A stretch of 64,000 nucleotides of DNA from Octopus vulgaris (GCA_951406725.2 OX597816.1:44640001-44704000); one strand, 5' to 3'; shown: positions 1 through 14,541, numbered from the stretch's first letter. The notes: generated from the letters alone by a model not told the origin. Numbers and translations are program-made.

Positions 1-377
1 AGGTCGCGGTCTTAAAGCGACGAAAATATTTTGACAAATTAAACTTAAATGCTGAAGTGAATCGAACGGCTTTTGTGTGTTTCTTAAATGGCTTACAAAC
101 ACCTTCCACGCTGCAATTGTTTTTGTTTCAGCACACGATCTCAGATCAAATCACTTGCTATGCATGTACATCTCCGTCATTTATTACTTTTCTCATTTTG
201 TCAGTCTAACTCATATCCATTGTCCGGAAATCTTTCGTCACACATCTGTAACTTCTTCAGCGACACATTTCGTTTTCGTATGTGTTCTTGCCCCACTTTC
301 TCCATTCTGTTCTTTTAAGGTATATATCCTTATGTGCGCATTAGTTTGTGTCCTTGTTTGTGTGTGTTTGTATGCTT

Positions 378-440
<63 letters not shown>

Positions 441-679
441 CGTGTGTCTGTGTCTGTGTCTGTGTATGTGTGTGTGTGATAGTTTTTAGCAGTAGTTCCC
501 CTCAGCAACCCCATCTTCTCAACCCACTGTACTGCTGCTGTCCTAAGACCCGACAATATGATACAGTTCCTGTATTCTTTTGTGTATGCATGTTCGCCCA
601 CGGTATTGCCATTGTGGTAGATGTTGTTGTTGCTGTTATTGCCACCATTGTCAGATAGATAGGTAGATAGGTTGATAAG

Positions 680-724
<45 letters not shown>

Positions 725-1804
725 CACACACACACACACACACACTCATAATATCATTTCAAATCTGTTTGAGAAATATTTGAACGTTTAAAGGCTTTTC
801 ACTACAATTTGTTGTTTCAGTCTGTCTGTCTGTCTCGCTTAAGATTAAAACGTGTTAAAACTTCACAGTCCACTCAGAGTGCTTTGTATTGGACGGGTAG
901 GTGCATTTCGAATTCGTTAGTTCTCTTCAACACTAGATACCAAAAGATGCAACTCAAAACTGACTAGCGGGTTTTGCTCCTTTTAGCATCAATCATTAAA
1001 TAGTCATGCTGTGTGTTTATCCCAGAATTCGAATTTCATTCTACAACGAATCTCATTGTCAGAACTATAAGTATTCGGTATTTTGGTTCATTTACATACG
1101 TTGGTTTACATGTTGTTTGTTGTTCTTCTTTTGTTTTGTTTGTTTCTTTTCTTTTGTTTCTGTTGAATGGTTTTTATTCTTGTGCTTCTGTATTTGCTAT
1201 GTATGTAGCATGGTGTTTGCTTGAATTATGTTTTTGAGCAACATACTTAGGTATTTTGATACATTGTTTTCATTTTATTGATTGTCTTCGTGTTCCATAT
1301 ATCTGTTAATCTTGTTAATACCACTTACTTCTTTGGGAGTTGTTTTGATGATTAGAAGTGGAGGGGTGTTTCGTATTGTGCTTAAAGATATTGATCTCCA
1401 AGGTGGAATATTTTTCTTGTTGTGAATCTTGTTTTAGCCAAGGTTACATGGTTTTAAATTCTTGTTTGAGTATAAATATTGTTGGTGGACTGATATATAA
1501 GTGTTTGCATTCATTGCTTTGCATTATGCCGATAATACACTTGTATATTTATATATATTTAGTTTGAAGAAAATCATTCTATTGACAGATATTTAAAAGT
1601 GCTCATGTATTTCATTTGGAGGATTTCTACTGACTTATGAAGTGAAGCTAAAAGAGATTTGGTTTGAAAAAACTCCTATTCATGTGAAACTAAGAGATGT
1701 GTAGTTTTCGGAAAGTGATTTTGAAAATGACTTCTTGTTTCGCGAAGATAGGTTAATACTAAAGTAGTTAGTATAAGAAAAAATGTACAAGTGACGTAAA
1801 ATTT

Positions 1805-2885
1805 ACAGGGATCTGTTCTTGGCCCCCTTTTATTTCTTGCATATGTTAATGTCATAGATGCCAACGTAAAGAATGCCACAGTGCTGAAATATGCAGATAA
1901 CATCAAGCTGTACTTCGAAATAAAGAGGACAGATTCTGTACCCTATAGAACTTTACTGCAATCAGACCTGGACACAATGCAGCAGTGGATCATGGACTGG
2001 CAACTCAGGCTGACTGTGGACAAAAGTACTGGCAACTCAGGCTGACTGTGGACAAATGCACCAGCATGCATTTTGGGAGGAAAATCCCAGCGTCTACTTA
2101 CTCCCTCCACAACACTAATCAAAAAAAGTCTTCTTGTGAACGTGACCTGGGCATTATTGTCGACAGCGACTTGTGTTGGACGAAACACAGCTAAAATTGC
2201 CACGAAAGCTGGGGGTGTTTTGGCATCACTTACCAAGTCCTTTGTGAGCCGCTCTCCGGCTCTCTATCTGAGGCTTTATATAGCTATGGCGCGGCCTCAC
2301 CTGGAATTTGCATCACCGGCCTGGAACCCCTATCTTGCCCAAGATGTTAATCGTCTGGAAACCATTCAGCGACGTGCAACCAAGAGAATACCCTCCATCA
2401 GGCATTTGCCATACTCTGAACGCCTTAATTCTTTGGGCATGGATACATTGAAACTCCGACGTCTGGCACCTGACTTGGCAGACACCCATAAAATTATTAA
2501 CCATCTTACTAACAATAACACTGAGCACATTTTCAAACTCCACCTGTCTAACACCCGTGGGCATGTTTACAAAGTCAGAAAACAGCACAGCTCCCATGAC
2601 TTTCGGAAACATTTTTTCACGCTAAGAGTTGCTGAAGTATAAAACAAACTGCCGGCATCAGTTGTTAGTTGTCGGAGCATTGCATCCTTCAAAACTTCCA
2701 TGCTTCCTGAGATTCGCCTACACTACACCTGATTTTCTCCCCTCCATACACACGCAAGCATGTATCTGACTCATACATTGTTCACTTCCCAGATATTTGT
2801 ACATTACTGCATATACCTTATACGCACTTTTGACAAGGTGTGGTGCACCTGAGCACTGTATACATTAATTTCATTATTTCATTTC
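1805..2885 (+). mobile_element. 5'-truncated CR1/L2-group LINE: RT C-terminal half plus 3' UTR (decayed)
   Basis: Translates QGSVLGPLLFLAYVN...KYADNIKLY (YADD-like)...LQSDLD...W...ERDLGIIVDSDL, then ORF 2073-2642 ...RPHLEFASPAWNPY...LETIQRRATKRI...YSERL...TRGH...FFTLRV. Frameshifts present, with a ~32-bp internal tandem duplication near 1996-2057. Confidence 0.9.
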
Positions 2886-2905
2886 AATATTCATTATAAA
2901 ACAGT

Positions 2906-3210
2906 GGAGGCACATGGCTAGGTGGTTAGAGCAGCGGAATCGCGGTCGAGGGATCGCGGGTTCGAATTTCAGACCGGGCGATGTATGTTTATGAGCGAAA
3001 CACCTAAGCTCCACGCGGCTCCGGCAGAAGGTAATGGTGAACTTCTGCTGACTCTTTCGCCACAACTTTCTCTCACTCTTTCCTCCTGCATCTTGCAGCT
3101 CACCTGCGACGGACCGGCGTCTCGTCCAGGTGGAGAACCTATGCGCTAAGGAAACCGGGAAACCGGTTCTATGTGCCAGGCATGATTTGAGAGGGAACAA
3201 ACAAAACACC
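2906..3210 (+). mobile_element. tRNA-head SINE, family A (GGAGGC head), tail type 1
   Basis: A-box-like TGGCTAGGTGG and B-box-like GGTTCGAATTTC. Head and body shared with copies at 13250, 20533, 26110 and 53254. Ends in an AACAAACAAAAC tail. Confidence 0.85.
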
Positions 3211-3227
3211 ATGGTTAGTAAATAGTT

Positions 3228-3545
3228 ATGTATGTATGTATGTGTGTATGTATGTATGTATGTATGTATGTATGTATGTATGTATGTATGTATGTATATA
3301 TGTATGTATGCATGTATGCATGTTTGTATGTATGTATGCATGTATGCATGTATGTATGTATGTATGTATGTATGTATGTATGTATGTATGTAGTATGTAT
3401 GTATGTATGTATGTATGTATGTACGTATGTACGTACGTATGTATGTGTGTATGTGTGTATGTATGTATGTATGTGTGCGTGCGTGCATGTGTGTAGGTAT
3501 GTATGTGTGTGTATGTATTTAGGTATGTATGTAAATGTATGTATG
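3228..3545. repeat. (TATG)n compound microsatellite
   Basis: Seen directly; explains the YVCM/IHTY ORFs. Confidence 0.95.
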
Positions 3546-4344
3546 TAAATATATATATACCCCTTGATTCTCCTTAAATTGGCCTGTGAAACAATTCTAA
3601 CGACTTTATCCACTACGCTTCATTCAAATTCAACGACTGTAATATTTTATAGAAATGAACTCCTTGAGTTTCGTGGAGAAAGCACTTCATACTTGCTTAG
3701 GTGTACAGAGAGATGAATATAAGTCGTGAAAATGATCTTCAAATAATATCTTATCTCAAATAATATCATCGTTCACAGAATTTTGTCGTATCGGTTATAT
3801 ATGAGTGAGAAACAAGTTATTTCGAGAACAATTTGATGTATTGAAACAATGGAATTATTTAATCAAAAGCACCATATAGAAAACATAAGATATCAAATTA
3901 AAACAAATTTTGTTTAAATGAATACACTGAAAATATATGTTAGATCATAAATAATTGTAAGGTAACATTAACGTGGATTAACATAATAGAGAGAAAATGA
4001 TAAAAGTTTGTATAAGTTTGTACAAAATACATTGTAATTATATAGATGTATACGAACAAAGAAATGAAAAAACAACATAGATATCTTGCAGTAACATTGT
4101 CTATTACTCCTATCACATATCAATAATAAGTATGTGTATATCTTGAAACAGTGGCATTATCTAATCAAATAACAAAGACAATAAATGATATCAAATTAAA
4201 TGAGTGTGAAAGTGAATACATAGAACAGAATTTAGAATAGAGATTCTGAAAAGGGAAATGTTAAAGTCAATTAAAATAAAGTAAGGCTAAAAGAAAAGGA
4301 AGTAGAGATAAAAAGAAAAATAATGTGAAACAAATGCAGAATAC

Positions 4345-4942
4345 TTTATAATATGGAATAATTACTGGCTATGTGAGCAAGAAATCAGCTCAATTAGAGA
4401 ATGGCAAAAAGCAAACTGCAATAAACTGAAGCAATATAAACTTAATCACGTTTAATAAATTGATGGTTCAATAGGAAATCGTAAGAATCATATTCAATAA
4501 TTAAGTAAATATAATAAATGGAGAAACAATAATTGAGTCTCAGTTTAATCAATTAATTAAATATCTCAAAACGTGGAATCCTGCCAGAGTCAAGAATTTT
4601 TGTCAGATACTATTGTGAAGTGAGTTAGTTCTCCTATTTATTTTGTTTTAAAGTATGAAAGGTATAATGAAGAAGAAAAAATACAGTTAGTAGCAAAGTA
4701 TGCGTTTGTTAGAAGTAATGGCCTTCATTTTGAAATTGTTTCTATCTAGATAAAAAATAAACCATAAATATGATGATTGAAGATTACTAGAAATATAGTA
4801 ATATACTAATAAAAGTGTGTATCTGTGTGTGCGTGTGTGTGTGTGTGTGTGTCTTTGTGTGTGTGTGTGTGTGTGTGTTTTAATGTTCTAAGTATCGTAT
4901 TTCTGTTTCTGTCAGATGAGAGAAATTCCAAGAGTAGATTAA
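4345..4942 (+). pseudogene. Possible death-fold (CARD-like) pseudo-exon ending at 4619, plus 27-nt microexon 4916-4942
   Basis: Broken frame EISSIREWQKANCNKLKQYKLNHV/FNKLMVQ*EIV...INGETIIESQFNQLIKYLKTWNPARVKNFCQILL*. Donor GTGAGT at 4620, acceptor TTTCTGTTTCTGTCAG ending 4915, donor GTGAGT at 4943, phases compatible. Stops and a frameshift are present. Confidence 0.3.
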
Positions 4943-5224
4943 GTGAGTGCATGCTGGTGAATAAGATTTTCCAACGTTCTGAGAGAAACGGGCAAAAACT
5001 TTAAATGTCACTATAAGGTTTTCCGCCCGTAAACTTTTCCATTTTATATTTGTTAAATTTAAATTCAAAATAGGGTTTTGTTGAAAGAAGTAAGCTTTTT
5101 TGTTCTAGATTCTTAAAGTGCGTATATATTGAAAATAAATTTCGGAAGAAGTGGCAATTAAACCTGTAAGGGATACAGAAGACCAGCTTGTAAATATTGT
5201 GGTAAAAGTTACCTTCCCTATTCA

Positions 5225-5450
5225 AACCGACTCATAAGGGCCAATTTCCCGGTTTCATGGCGTATATATTCCCCACCTGGATGGAACGCTGGTCCCTCGC
5301 AGGATTAGTCATTCTTGCCAACTGAGAGAACTAGAGTGAGTGAAATGAAGTGTTTTGCTCAAGAACACAACGCATCGCCCGGTCCAGGAATCGAAACCAG
5401 ATTCTTACGTTCATGAGTCCAACACCTTAACCACTAAGCCACGCGTCTCT
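5225..5450 (-). mobile_element. tRNA-head CORE-like SINE sharing tail type 1
   Basis: Reverse strand reads GCGTGGCTTAGTGGTT...GGTTTCGATTCC...GTGTTCTTGAGCAAAACACTT...CCTGCG...TCCAGGTGGGGAAT...GAAACCGGGAAA, a tail like that of 2906-3210. Confidence 0.75.
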
Positions 5451-5794
5451 ACTTAAACGCTGTGGTGCAATAAAGTGATTATTTATTTGATCTTGCAATT
5501 TCTTTCGAGTGGACAATTGCTGGTGTTAATATAATTGCACTTAGATATATTTTGGTTTGGGAAATGTCGAAGTGACTGCCACTTAAATAAAATAAAAATT
5601 AAACAATGCCACATTGTCCATCCTTTAGATATTCCGATGAAAAAATGCCATGTAATATTTTCCATTGAATTGGCAGAAACAGGAGGATATCGGATATACA
5701 TGAGTGCCCTGTTTATGTTAGAAATCAATATGCACAGTAGTCTGTTCGATTGCCCATTATCTTAATCAAATAATCGGTCCACTGCAGTCGGATT

Positions 5795-5957
5795 ACTCTT
5801 TTACTCTTTAACTTGTTTCAGTCATTTGACTGTGGCCATGCTGGAGCACCGCCTTTAGTCGAAGAAATCAACGCCAGGACTTATTGTTTGTAAGTCTAGT
5901 ACTTACTCTATTGGTCTCTTGGATGTTGGGGGACAAACACAGATACACAAACATATG

Positions 5958-6032
<75 letters not shown>

Positions 6033-6196
6033 GGCGGGGTTCTTTCAGTTTCCATCTACCAAATCCACTCTCAAGGTTTTGGTCGGCCCGAGGCAAAAGT
6101 AGAAGACACTTGCTCAAGGAGCCACGCAGTGGGACTGAACCCAGAACCATGTGGCTGGTAAGCAAGCTACTTACCACGCAGACACTCCTGCGCCTA
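5795..6196 (-). mobile_element. SINE family B (GGCGCAGGAGTGGCTGTGTGG head, internal TA/CA microsatellite, GTAAAAGA tail)
   Basis: Reverse complement of the copy at 18811-19270. Confidence 0.85.
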
Positions 6197-6654
6197 TTGG
6201 GTTATTGACATAATAAGGTGATATCTACGTGGTCACTCAATTTGCAAGAAATATCATCCGCATCTCTCTCAAATCCCGCTCTATCTCATCTTAAAAATGA
6301 AGGAACATATTTGGCAATTTGGTTCTGGATAGCACAAAATGGTGATATTGTCACAACTAAAATTATGTTGATCAGAAATCTATTTGATTATGGTTGACCT
6401 TGAATAAAACAATGAGAAAAACCTTCGAGAAAAACTAACTACATTCACTTGATGTTGTACTAATCATTACTACGGCTGCTGTTGTAGTTGGGAGAATATT
6501 TTTGTATGCGTATATAGGTGTATTCTATAGATGATCGTTCATTCTTTCCTTTATTTTCCCTTTAATAAGTTAATTTTTGTTGTGCGGTTCTAAAGTTGCG
6601 TCCCGTCCCAAGCTGCAGTTAATTCAGCACCGGAAATGTTCATATACATATATA

Positions 6655-6885
6655 TGCTTCTTTATTATCCACAAGGGTCTTAACATAGAGGAGACAAACA
6701 AGGACAGACAAACGGATTAAGTCAAATACATCGACCCCAGTGCGTAACTGGTACTTAATGTATCGACCCCGAAAGAATGAAAGGCAAAGTCGACCTCGTC
6801 GGAATTTGAACTCACAACGTAGCGGCAGACGAAATGCGTAGCCGCATTTCGCCCGGCGTGCTAACGGTTCTGCCAGCTCGCCGAT
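6655..6885 (-). mobile_element. SINE family C (GGCGAGCTGGCAGAA head; GTCGACTTTGCCTTTCATCC central domain)
   Basis: Near-identical to many copies in the window. Confidence 0.85.
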
Positions 6886-9069
6886 AGTGTGTGAAGTGAC
6901 TTTGCTTATAATCTTACCTTTGGCCATAACTTCAGGATCGGCAGATTCCTGTTCCCCTTTTTTTTTATTTCTGAACGGGTGTCTATTAGAAGTTAGGCAT
7001 TTTCCTTAGATCTAATTTGTGGTCAAGAATACTGCTGTGTGACTGCCGAATTACAAGCGGGTCTTTTCTTTGATTCGTTAATCACATAAGAATCATATGT
7101 GTGTCATCATTCTTTATACAACGAATTATGACAAAGCGTAAAGAGAAGAAAACTTTGCACATTTTTCGTCATTGCACGCATACTATACACTCAGACCCTT
7201 TATACAAGCAAACATATGCTACACTTGAAAGGCCATCTCAGCAGGCATTTGGAAGTGTACTGTTGGTTGTAAGCCATACATTTCCAGCTATTAAGCTATT
7301 AACATGAATCACTACTCTCGGCTGTAAAGAGAACACTTTAAAGAACACGACTACGAAAGTTTCCTATGAATGCAATCTCTCAAACTCTGTGCAGGAAAGC
7401 AAAAATATGTGACAAGGAAATATAGCAGCAGAAAGGAAACATTTTTTTATAATATTGTCAGATGCTGCATAGCATAATAATAAAGGCAGAACGGCTGTCT
7501 CGTTTGCGCACTATCTGTACGTTGCTTCTGCCAGTAGAATCTGAACCAGTGACAGGTAGCTCATGATAGTTCCACCTGCTAGAAATATCAGGTAAATCTC
7601 CATTGAGTCATACCTTATTGGCTTAGAAATAAGCAGTGCACATTCGATAATGTCATCCAAGATACATAATATCTGGAGAAAAAACTTCTTGTCTTTAATG
7701 ATAAATCAGTTAACCCACCACAAAAACTATCAACACCACCATCATCACGACCACTTACCCATTATGATCAACATCACCACCACTACCACAACAGCAACAA
7801 CATTCTTACATACATACATACAGACTGACAGACAGATAGACAGACAGAAATCGTCTGGACAGTAGCAAGATTACAAAATATATAGAATACGAAACTATAA
7901 CGCATGAACCACTGCATGTTAGAATGTTCAATATGTTACCGAACTAGATGAAAATATGGCTCAGCTGGAGCTATGAATCTGTAAATCATACATTGTTGTT
8001 CGGTTGTCTACCCGTTACTATACAACAATTGCAATTCACATTACGCTGGGTACACACCACCAAATGAATGGCATCACCATGCATTAAGGAAGGATTTTCA
8101 AGATGCACATATAGAGTTAAAATTACATTTCCCAAGAAAAATATTTAATTTTGATATATCCCGGTTCTTACTTCAGCTTTCTAGTAGACCAGAATATTTC
8201 TTAAATATATACATTGGTGATCTATCTATGGTTCGTGACTTCAAATCCAATGATAGCTTTCATTGTGTTTCTCAGCAGAATAGTTTACGGGCCATAGGTA
8301 ATAGAGATGTTGTAAATAATACCAGATCCTCTGTGAGAATTTAATTACGGCAGATTAGCATCCCATGACAAGTCGGAGAATGAAATTAGAAACCTTCCAA
8401 TGCTTCTCTCTGGTTTGTGAAAAGATTAATCGCTGCACACTGTGGTTGACTTAACAACTTACTTTCTTGTTTCGGATAATAATTTAAGAACATTCGATTC
8501 CTCTGTCCATTCGATTGCTTTCGAACGACTGCAAAAGGTTATAATTTACATGACCCAGAAATGAAAAGGCTATACTTTATTTCATAGATTTAACGAGACC
8601 ATATTTAAAAGTTTCATATACATCAGTAACGGCCTATAAGTAAATGATTTTTATCATGGTCTTGCCGTTTAGTTGCATGTTTAAATAGCAAGACGCGTGG
8701 TTAACCGACAAACCTGGAAGCAACATACGACAAATCGTTTTATTAGAATATTGATTTCTTATATAGACACAAGGTCACAGATTTGCAAGTGAGGGCCGAT
8801 CAATATTTTGTGACGTTCATATTTCATATATTATTCAACTTCATGCATTTCTCATGAGAAGTGAAGTGATTGGCATTAAGTGGAGAAAGAAGCCAGTTTG
8901 TGAACTAGCCTCATTCGAAACTTATGTCTTTACAATACTATACTCTATAGAATATCAATTCTGATAAATATTTGAAATGGCTGACAACGTTGGAACAAAA
9001 TTTTGCTATTTGTTAGGTTGTTCTTGATGAAATAGTTATACCTTGGGCTTTTCAAGCCATCCAAGATCG

Positions 9070-9370
9070 GGAACAGTGACGTGGTTAATGCGCTTCTTGA
9101 ATAAATTTACTGCAATTTGACAACTGCAGAAAGAACATGAGTATGGAGGGATTTCTAGTGTGGGTTGGTATTCTGAAGGGTGGGTTAGGGTTTAATGCGG
9201 ATGCTTTGGATGGTGAATGCTGAAGTGCTGACAAGAGAGACGAATGGATTGCAAGAAGAGGAGGAGAGATGTTATGAGACCTGCCACTCCGAAGAACAGA
9301 AGACAATAATGTAGCTGCGATAGAAAGGGCTGAGAGGGGATACAGCAATTCCGTGGGACAGAATTAGAGG
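9070..9370 (-). mobile_element. Highly decayed LINE ORF2 3' end (L2/CR1/Jockey-like)
   Basis: Minus-strand frames loosely follow the C-terminal pattern C..EL...TR..H...RT...SF...W..LP...FK.. Confidence 0.4.
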
Positions 9371-9564
9371 AGGTTCTTACGAATTAGTTCATACCTCACC
9401 TGAGATAACTTTGTTCTTCATTCTTTTAAATCTCGTGAATTACCAAAAGAAAGAAAATTAGCGTACCAGTTCAAAGGTACAATTATTCTTTTTAAAAAAC
9501 TCCTTGAGTAAAGGATAAAATAGTATCGGCAGAAAGCAGTACTGTCATCCTGCAATATTTCTTT

Positions 9565-9595
<31 letters not shown>

Positions 9596-10569
9596 TTCCT
9601 TGTGACGCAAAGCATGATTTTTGAAAAAAGCGGTTGCAAGAGAGAGAGAGAGAGAGTTGTAAACCGTTTCAGTTAGAATGAGACGGTAGTAGAGCTGAGT
9701 AAAAAAGCAATGGTTGTAACATGAATTAAAACTGTATTCCGAACATGAAATCCAAGGAGATTTACTACAATCTATTCTGTTACTGCTTACACACAGTCTC
9801 AGTCTAGACCAGGTACTCCTATTATCAAAATGCGCAATTCATGACCATCCCTACTCATTTTCTGATAATGCATTGAAGACTACATATCCTAAACTATCCT
9901 TCTTGCATGTAATTTTATTCAAGTCGTACTTTTATTCAGATCACAAAGTACGTGTGGATAGAAAAGGATTTGGTTGTTATTTCAGGCACCGGGAGTGACT
10001 TCGTACAGCCCCAACACCACCACCACCATCACTTCCATCGCCACCACTCCAGACACCATCATTGGCTCGTTTATCACCAGTCCACAATATCAAGTATAAA
10101 ATTAAAATGAAAAGACATTATATTGATTCTTTGTTAATTTCTTTGAGTTCATCTCCTCCAAAATTGTTCAATTACTTCGCTATTTAAAATGTAAATATGC
10201 AAGATTGGAAGATAACTTTTATCGACCCAAGTTTTATGCGTATCAAATTAGCTCTATAAATATATCTGTTCTAAAAGATGAAAAAAAAAAAAACGCATAC
10301 ACACACAGAGAAGAGACAATGGATAACTCTAAGTTCTATTATTCTGTATCATCAGTATGTTAAGTCCATTGAGCATTGTTCGGACGCCAAGTAACCGGAA
10401 TGATCGTTAGGAAACCTGATTGTAACAAAGGCCTTGTTATCGTCATTTGCATATTATTTCTGAATATAGTCATATTTTTCAAGTTTGTCTAATTTTCTAA
10501 AGTGCTTTGTTAAATAAAAGAAATGGAGTGAAGGGGAGGGAAGAATTTTAACAAAATGAATACACAGCC

Positions 10570-10669
10570 ATACACGCAAATAAACATACAAACATACTTG
10601 TATACATACACACTCACACACGTACATACACACATACATACATGCATACATACATACAAACATACATAC

Positions 10670-10749
<80 letters not shown>

Positions 10750-10823
10750 GTAGAGAGTAACAGAAACAGACGGAATGTGTAAAGTATGAGTTTGAGATGA
10801 AGATAGAGAGAGACAGACAATGA

Positions 10824-10902
<79 letters not shown>

Positions 10903-11277
10903 GGAGAGAAAATGGATGGCTATAATGTGACAAGAATATAATGATAGAACAGAGTCGAACAATGAAATTGAGAAATTGAACAAAAAATAAGAGAGAGAAA
11001 GGAAAGTGAAAAAAAAAACGGAAAAAAAAGTCTTTAAAGTTAGAAGTTAAGATGAGGAGGAAGGAAAGGAGAGGTAAAGAGGAAACGCATAAATATGAAC
11101 AAAAGATTTAGAAGAAAAATAATTGTAAGAAAAAAATCTCTTTTTTAAGAATGGACAAAAACAAAAGACGCAATTAATGAACGAATGAATAATTTATACA
11201 TACATACATACATACTTATGTATACAAACATATACATATAAAACAAACATATATAATAAATATTTATACATAGACAT

Positions 11278-11326
<49 letters not shown>

Positions 11327-11345
11327 CATATATATATACATATAT

Positions 11346-11378
<33 letters not shown>

Positions 11379-11597
11379 CATATATACACATACATATATA
11401 TATACATATATACACACATATATATATATATATACATACATATATACATATAAAACAAACACATATAATAAATATTTATACGTATACATACAAATATATA
11501 TATATATATATATACATATATACACATACATATATATACATATATACACACACATATATATATATACATATATACACATACATATATATATATACAT

Positions 11598-11646
<49 letters not shown>

Positions 11647-11647
11647 T

Positions 11648-11694
<47 letters not shown>

Positions 11695-11800
11695 CATATA
11701 CATATATACATATACATATATATATGTACATATATGTGCGAGTGTGTAACAAATATATATTTATATGATATATGACTAATAACATTCACACATATATGTA
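10570..11800. repeat. Compound microsatellite blocks (CATA, TA, GATA, GA, GAAA; long TA/CA block 11195-11800)
   Basis: Seen directly. Confidence 0.9.
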
Positions 11801-12121
11801 TGTTTGTATGTTTATCTATACAAATAGAAAAAGGTTAATGAGATAATTAGAGAAATATGGCAATACCTTTAAAAGAAAAACGAATGTCTAGAAATTTAAA
11901 AGCGGCAGTGTATAAGAAAATGGTGAAGCTTTAGAGTTCAGAGGCACGTTATATTCTATTTTCAACCTATCAAATATCACAATTCAAATTATTGTACTCA
12001 GTATATATTCCTACATTTGAAACTAAAACTTGACTCCATTCCTAAAGTAATTATCTCGTACTTTCGAACCGAATGCAAAATGCGCATAAACACTAAAATA
12101 CCGACAGTATTTATAAGATAG

Positions 12122-12520
12122 CAAGGCGGTGAGCTGGCAGAAACGTTAGCACGCCGGGCGGAATGCTTAGCGGTATTTCGTCTGCTGCTACGTTCTAAGT
12201 TCCAATTCCGCCGAGGTCGACTTTGCCTTTCATCCTTTCAGGCTCGATAAATTAAGTACCAGTTACGCACTGGGATCGATATAATCGACTTAATCTGTTT
12301 GTCTGTCCCTGTTTGTCCTCCCTGTGTTTAGCCCCTCGTGGGTAGTAAGGAAATAGGTATTTCGCTTGTCGCTACGTTCTGAATTCAAATTCCGCCGAGG
12401 TCGACTTTGCCTGTCATATTTTCGGGCTCGATAAATTAAGTATTTGTTGCGTACTGGAGTTGATCTAATCGACTGGCCCCCTCCCCCAAAATTTCCGGCC
12501 TTGTTCCTAGAGTAGAATAG
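12122..12520 (+). mobile_element. SINE family C with internally duplicated central domain
   Basis: The CTACGTTCT...GTCGACTTTGCCT...GATAAATTAAGTA block occurs twice, each followed by a different tail. Confidence 0.85.
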
Positions 12521-13249
12521 TATTTAGAATAGTAGGCTGTGCTGCTACATCATATTATACTGAAGTTAAATAATTCGAAACATGTCTCAGAATGTACTCT
12601 TTTATTGCAAAGATAAGATTTCCTTGTTTCTAAGAATGTGATACTTTTGAGAGAATAATTTCTGATTTTTCGATGAGAAATACTCTCAAATGCCGCAAGG
12701 TTTTGGTCTTCTTTCAACAATTACAATTAATTAAGGAAATTATTTTGCTAACAACTCTCAGTAAATCACCTTTCTCTGAAGGTGAATTATTCAAATTTGT
12801 ACTATTTGTTTGATTATGATGTTTCCCTTGGTTAGTTTTATTTTTAACTTATGCGAACCTTACTGGTTAAAATTTATTTGAAATTCTTTCCTGTATGTGA
12901 AAAAAATAATATTAAGAAATCAACACTTTCTTCTAGTCTGTATTAAGTTGATGAGGTCTAATAGGTCGAACGATGTATGTCTTCAGAAGGTACTTTGATG
13001 CCTCCAGGATAAACAAGGAAACAATTCAATGGACTAGTAAAAACATTCATGTACCCCAATGCTATTGGGAATGGCTTGACTTTTTTTAAGAGAGTATAAT
13101 AATTTCCATTCTGATTTTTTTTTTTTTTGTTCCAAATTAAATGTAAATATCATTACCTTATGATTTTGTTATATGGCATTCAGTATATCAATTCGTATCT
13201 TGACTGCTGCGCTTTGTTAGTATCCGATGTGGCCAACATCTAAATCTGT

Positions 13250-13425
13250 GGAGGCGCAATGGCCCAGTGGTTAGGGAAGCGGGCTCGCGGTCGTAAGAAC
13301 GCGGTTTCGATTCCCAGACCGGGCATTGTGAGTGTTTATTGAGTAAAAACACCTAAGCTCCACGAGGCTCCGATGATTAACCCCGCTGTACACTTTCACC
13401 ACAACTTTCTCTCACTCTTTCTTCC
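13250..13425 (+). mobile_element. SINE family A, 3'-truncated
   Basis: GGAGGCGCAATGGCCCAGTGGTTAGG...GGTTTCGATTCCCAGACCGGG head. Confidence 0.85.
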
Positions 13426-13479
13426 TACTTCTGCCACAAAATGGTGTAACCCATTATGGTGTGGTAAACTTTCAGACCC

Positions 13480-13728
13480 TAATCTAGATTGCGAATCTTC
13501 TGTACCCCATGATGGTTCAACCATCCACCCGTTAAAAGCTACCGTTTACGGAAGAGAATAACAACGTAGCTTTGGCGCCCGTGCAACCGCCAGTCTATGG
13601 CGTGTGGTGGGTGGATCTTCAAGTTGCCACACACATTCTTAGTAGCTTAGAATAGGCTCGATTTAGAGATTATTCTTTGTGGCTAATGGCGTGAGTCCTG
13701 ATTAGAAGAAGAAGAAGAAGAAGAAGAC
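13480..13728 (+). mobile_element. Decayed RTE-like LINE 3' end with (GAA)n tail
   Basis: GRP...W...A.NR..W-like remnants followed by (AGA)n. Confidence 0.45.
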
Positions 13729-14541
13729 CGATACAGCTAGCGACAGTAGATTGGCGAAAATGAAACACGTTCAAACTGTCAAAGTTGCACTTTGTATGCT
13801 AAATATGACGAAATGTCCAGCGTAGTTCTCGACCAGGTAGAAGTACCGAATATCCTGGATTGTTGAGTACTATTGTACTTCCATGGGGAGTGACAAAGGC
13901 TATACAGCAACAACAACAACAACTACTACTACTACTACTACTACTATTACTACTACTACAATAACCTAAATTATTAAATTCACATATCGCACCTGCTCTT
14001 GGAAGTGAGCAAAGAAGTGGGCAAAGTTGCGTACTTTTAACTCAAGTCTCTATGCAATGTGTATAACTTAGCAATGAAACAACGTGATATAGTAGTAGTA
14101 ATGTAACTGAAACCCGAAATCAAAATTTTAGTACTGGAATTTAATCGTTTCAAAGATTTTCTTTAAACTTCAATACTGAACGCAATATCTTGTAACTAAT
14201 CATAAGCCCTTCTCTCTACAACCACCATCAGATTTTGATGGAAGAGAAAATTAAATCAGGTACTGTTTGATGAAATAGGATACAATAATAACTGAGTGAA
14301 TTAGTTTCAAACAGGATACGAAATAAGCAAGTGAACTCTGCTCGTTATGGTCTCATACAACCCAAGGCGTTTGCTACAAGAATTTTCATCATCACAGTAT
14401 TTTCATACATCCCCACAGTCCCTTGCGTATTAATCACGATATAACTGAGAAAGGCTCTTGCAAATAATAGGTCTATCGTTTTGAAATATTTGAATTAAAA
14501 TTAAAATGTAATATGTAAGATATTCATGAATATGTTATATA

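Noticed and set aside
840-1670. Possible minus-strand Penelope remnant with a hammerhead-like trace near 960-1005
   Set aside because: The core motifs are too degenerate to call.
2906-2980. tRNA gene (also at the other family A/B/C heads)
   Set aside because: A/B boxes run directly into SINE bodies, often with TSDs; no proper acceptor stem or terminator.
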